Below are positions 63,406-64,000 of a stretch of DNA of 64,000 nt, piece by piece. The notes beneath the pieces are model-generated. The model was not told where the DNA came from, did no database searches, and was given only the letters and a program-made list of their open reading frames with translations. The number at the start of each line of letters is the position of its first letter. Positions within the stretch are counted from its first letter, which is position 1. The DNA lies in assembly GCA_020137815.1 (NCBI GenBank), contig CM035358.1, positions 62,001 to 126,000 of the forward strand. The letters run 5' to 3'. Both the position numbers and the translations under genes were made by a program. The DNA comes from Hormiphora californensis. Taxonomy: Eukaryota > Animalia > Ctenophora.

Positions 63406-63480
63406 CAGTCGGACCCCGATTTAGTGGCATCCTCGGCCTCAAGGGGGAAAAAATCCTGCCACTAAATCGGGGTCCGACTG
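63406..63480. mobile_element. 75-bp minimal pogo-like MITE
   Basis: Same TIRs and TA flanks. Confidence 0.8.
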
Positions 63481-64000
63481 TACAGTCAATAGGCATCCGG
63501 AAGGATGCAAATTCAATGGAAAAGTGTCAAGACAAGGGGGGAGGGGGTTGACATTAGTCGGACAGTCCCAGCTTTTGAAGAAAAATTTTACTGATTTTAC
63601 TAGATAAATAATAGGTGGACGAAACTCGGACAGGGGGAGGGAGGGGGGGGGTAAAAAATGACCAAATGACTTCTTTTTGCCCGGCCCAATCGGGCGTTCC
63701 CACTTCCTAGTTCCTAGTTAACTGTAAATTTCAAACACACCATTGAGACGTCATCTTTTCACCGAACTTTTAATTGGACACCAAGGAATGTTACACACAA
63801 TAAGTTCGGGGCGATTCAAAAAGGACATCTCTGGACAAGGGGGAGAGGGCCGCGGGGTTGACGCAATTCGGACTGTCCCAGGTTTTGAAGAAAGATTTTA
63901 CTAGATATATGTGGATGAAACTTGGACAGGGGGAGGGCGTCTGGCAGATTCGGACAGACCTGGACACAGGACAGGGGGAGGGAGGAGGGGGGGGGTGGTA

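Overview
Repeat-saturated eukaryotic (animal-type) DNA, not prokaryotic. The whole window lies inside one minus-strand host gene, a cyclin G-associated kinase/auxilin (GAK)-like gene. Six phase-compatible GT-AG exons were traced by hand (60218-59993, 53364-53255, 53198-53129, 13295-13184, 6302-6107, 4974-4852), covering the NAK kinase C-lobe, the linker and a PTEN-like domain. Its introns, one of them ~39.8 kb, are stacks of nested transposons. The most notable insert is a 14.8-kb DNA transposon (35748-50541) with ~1.14-kb TIRs, TATGG..CCATA ends and a 6-bp CACGAC TSD, resembling IS3EU. It carries two divergent, intron-containing, apparently intact genes: an 8-exon ~405-aa DDE integrase-type transposase and a 6-exon ~477-aa alpha-kinase (eEF2K/MHCK fold). 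Also present are a near-full-length RTEX-like LINE (ORF1 with a degenerate AlkB-like domain plus SGNH esterase), a decayed RTE LINE, a Penelope-like fragment with a hammerhead ribozyme, a CRE-like fragment, a LINE ORF1 split by a piggyBac-type insert, many non-autonomous Helitrons and MITEs, and several kb-scale foldback palindromes. All family assignments come from manual motif recognition; no database searches were run.
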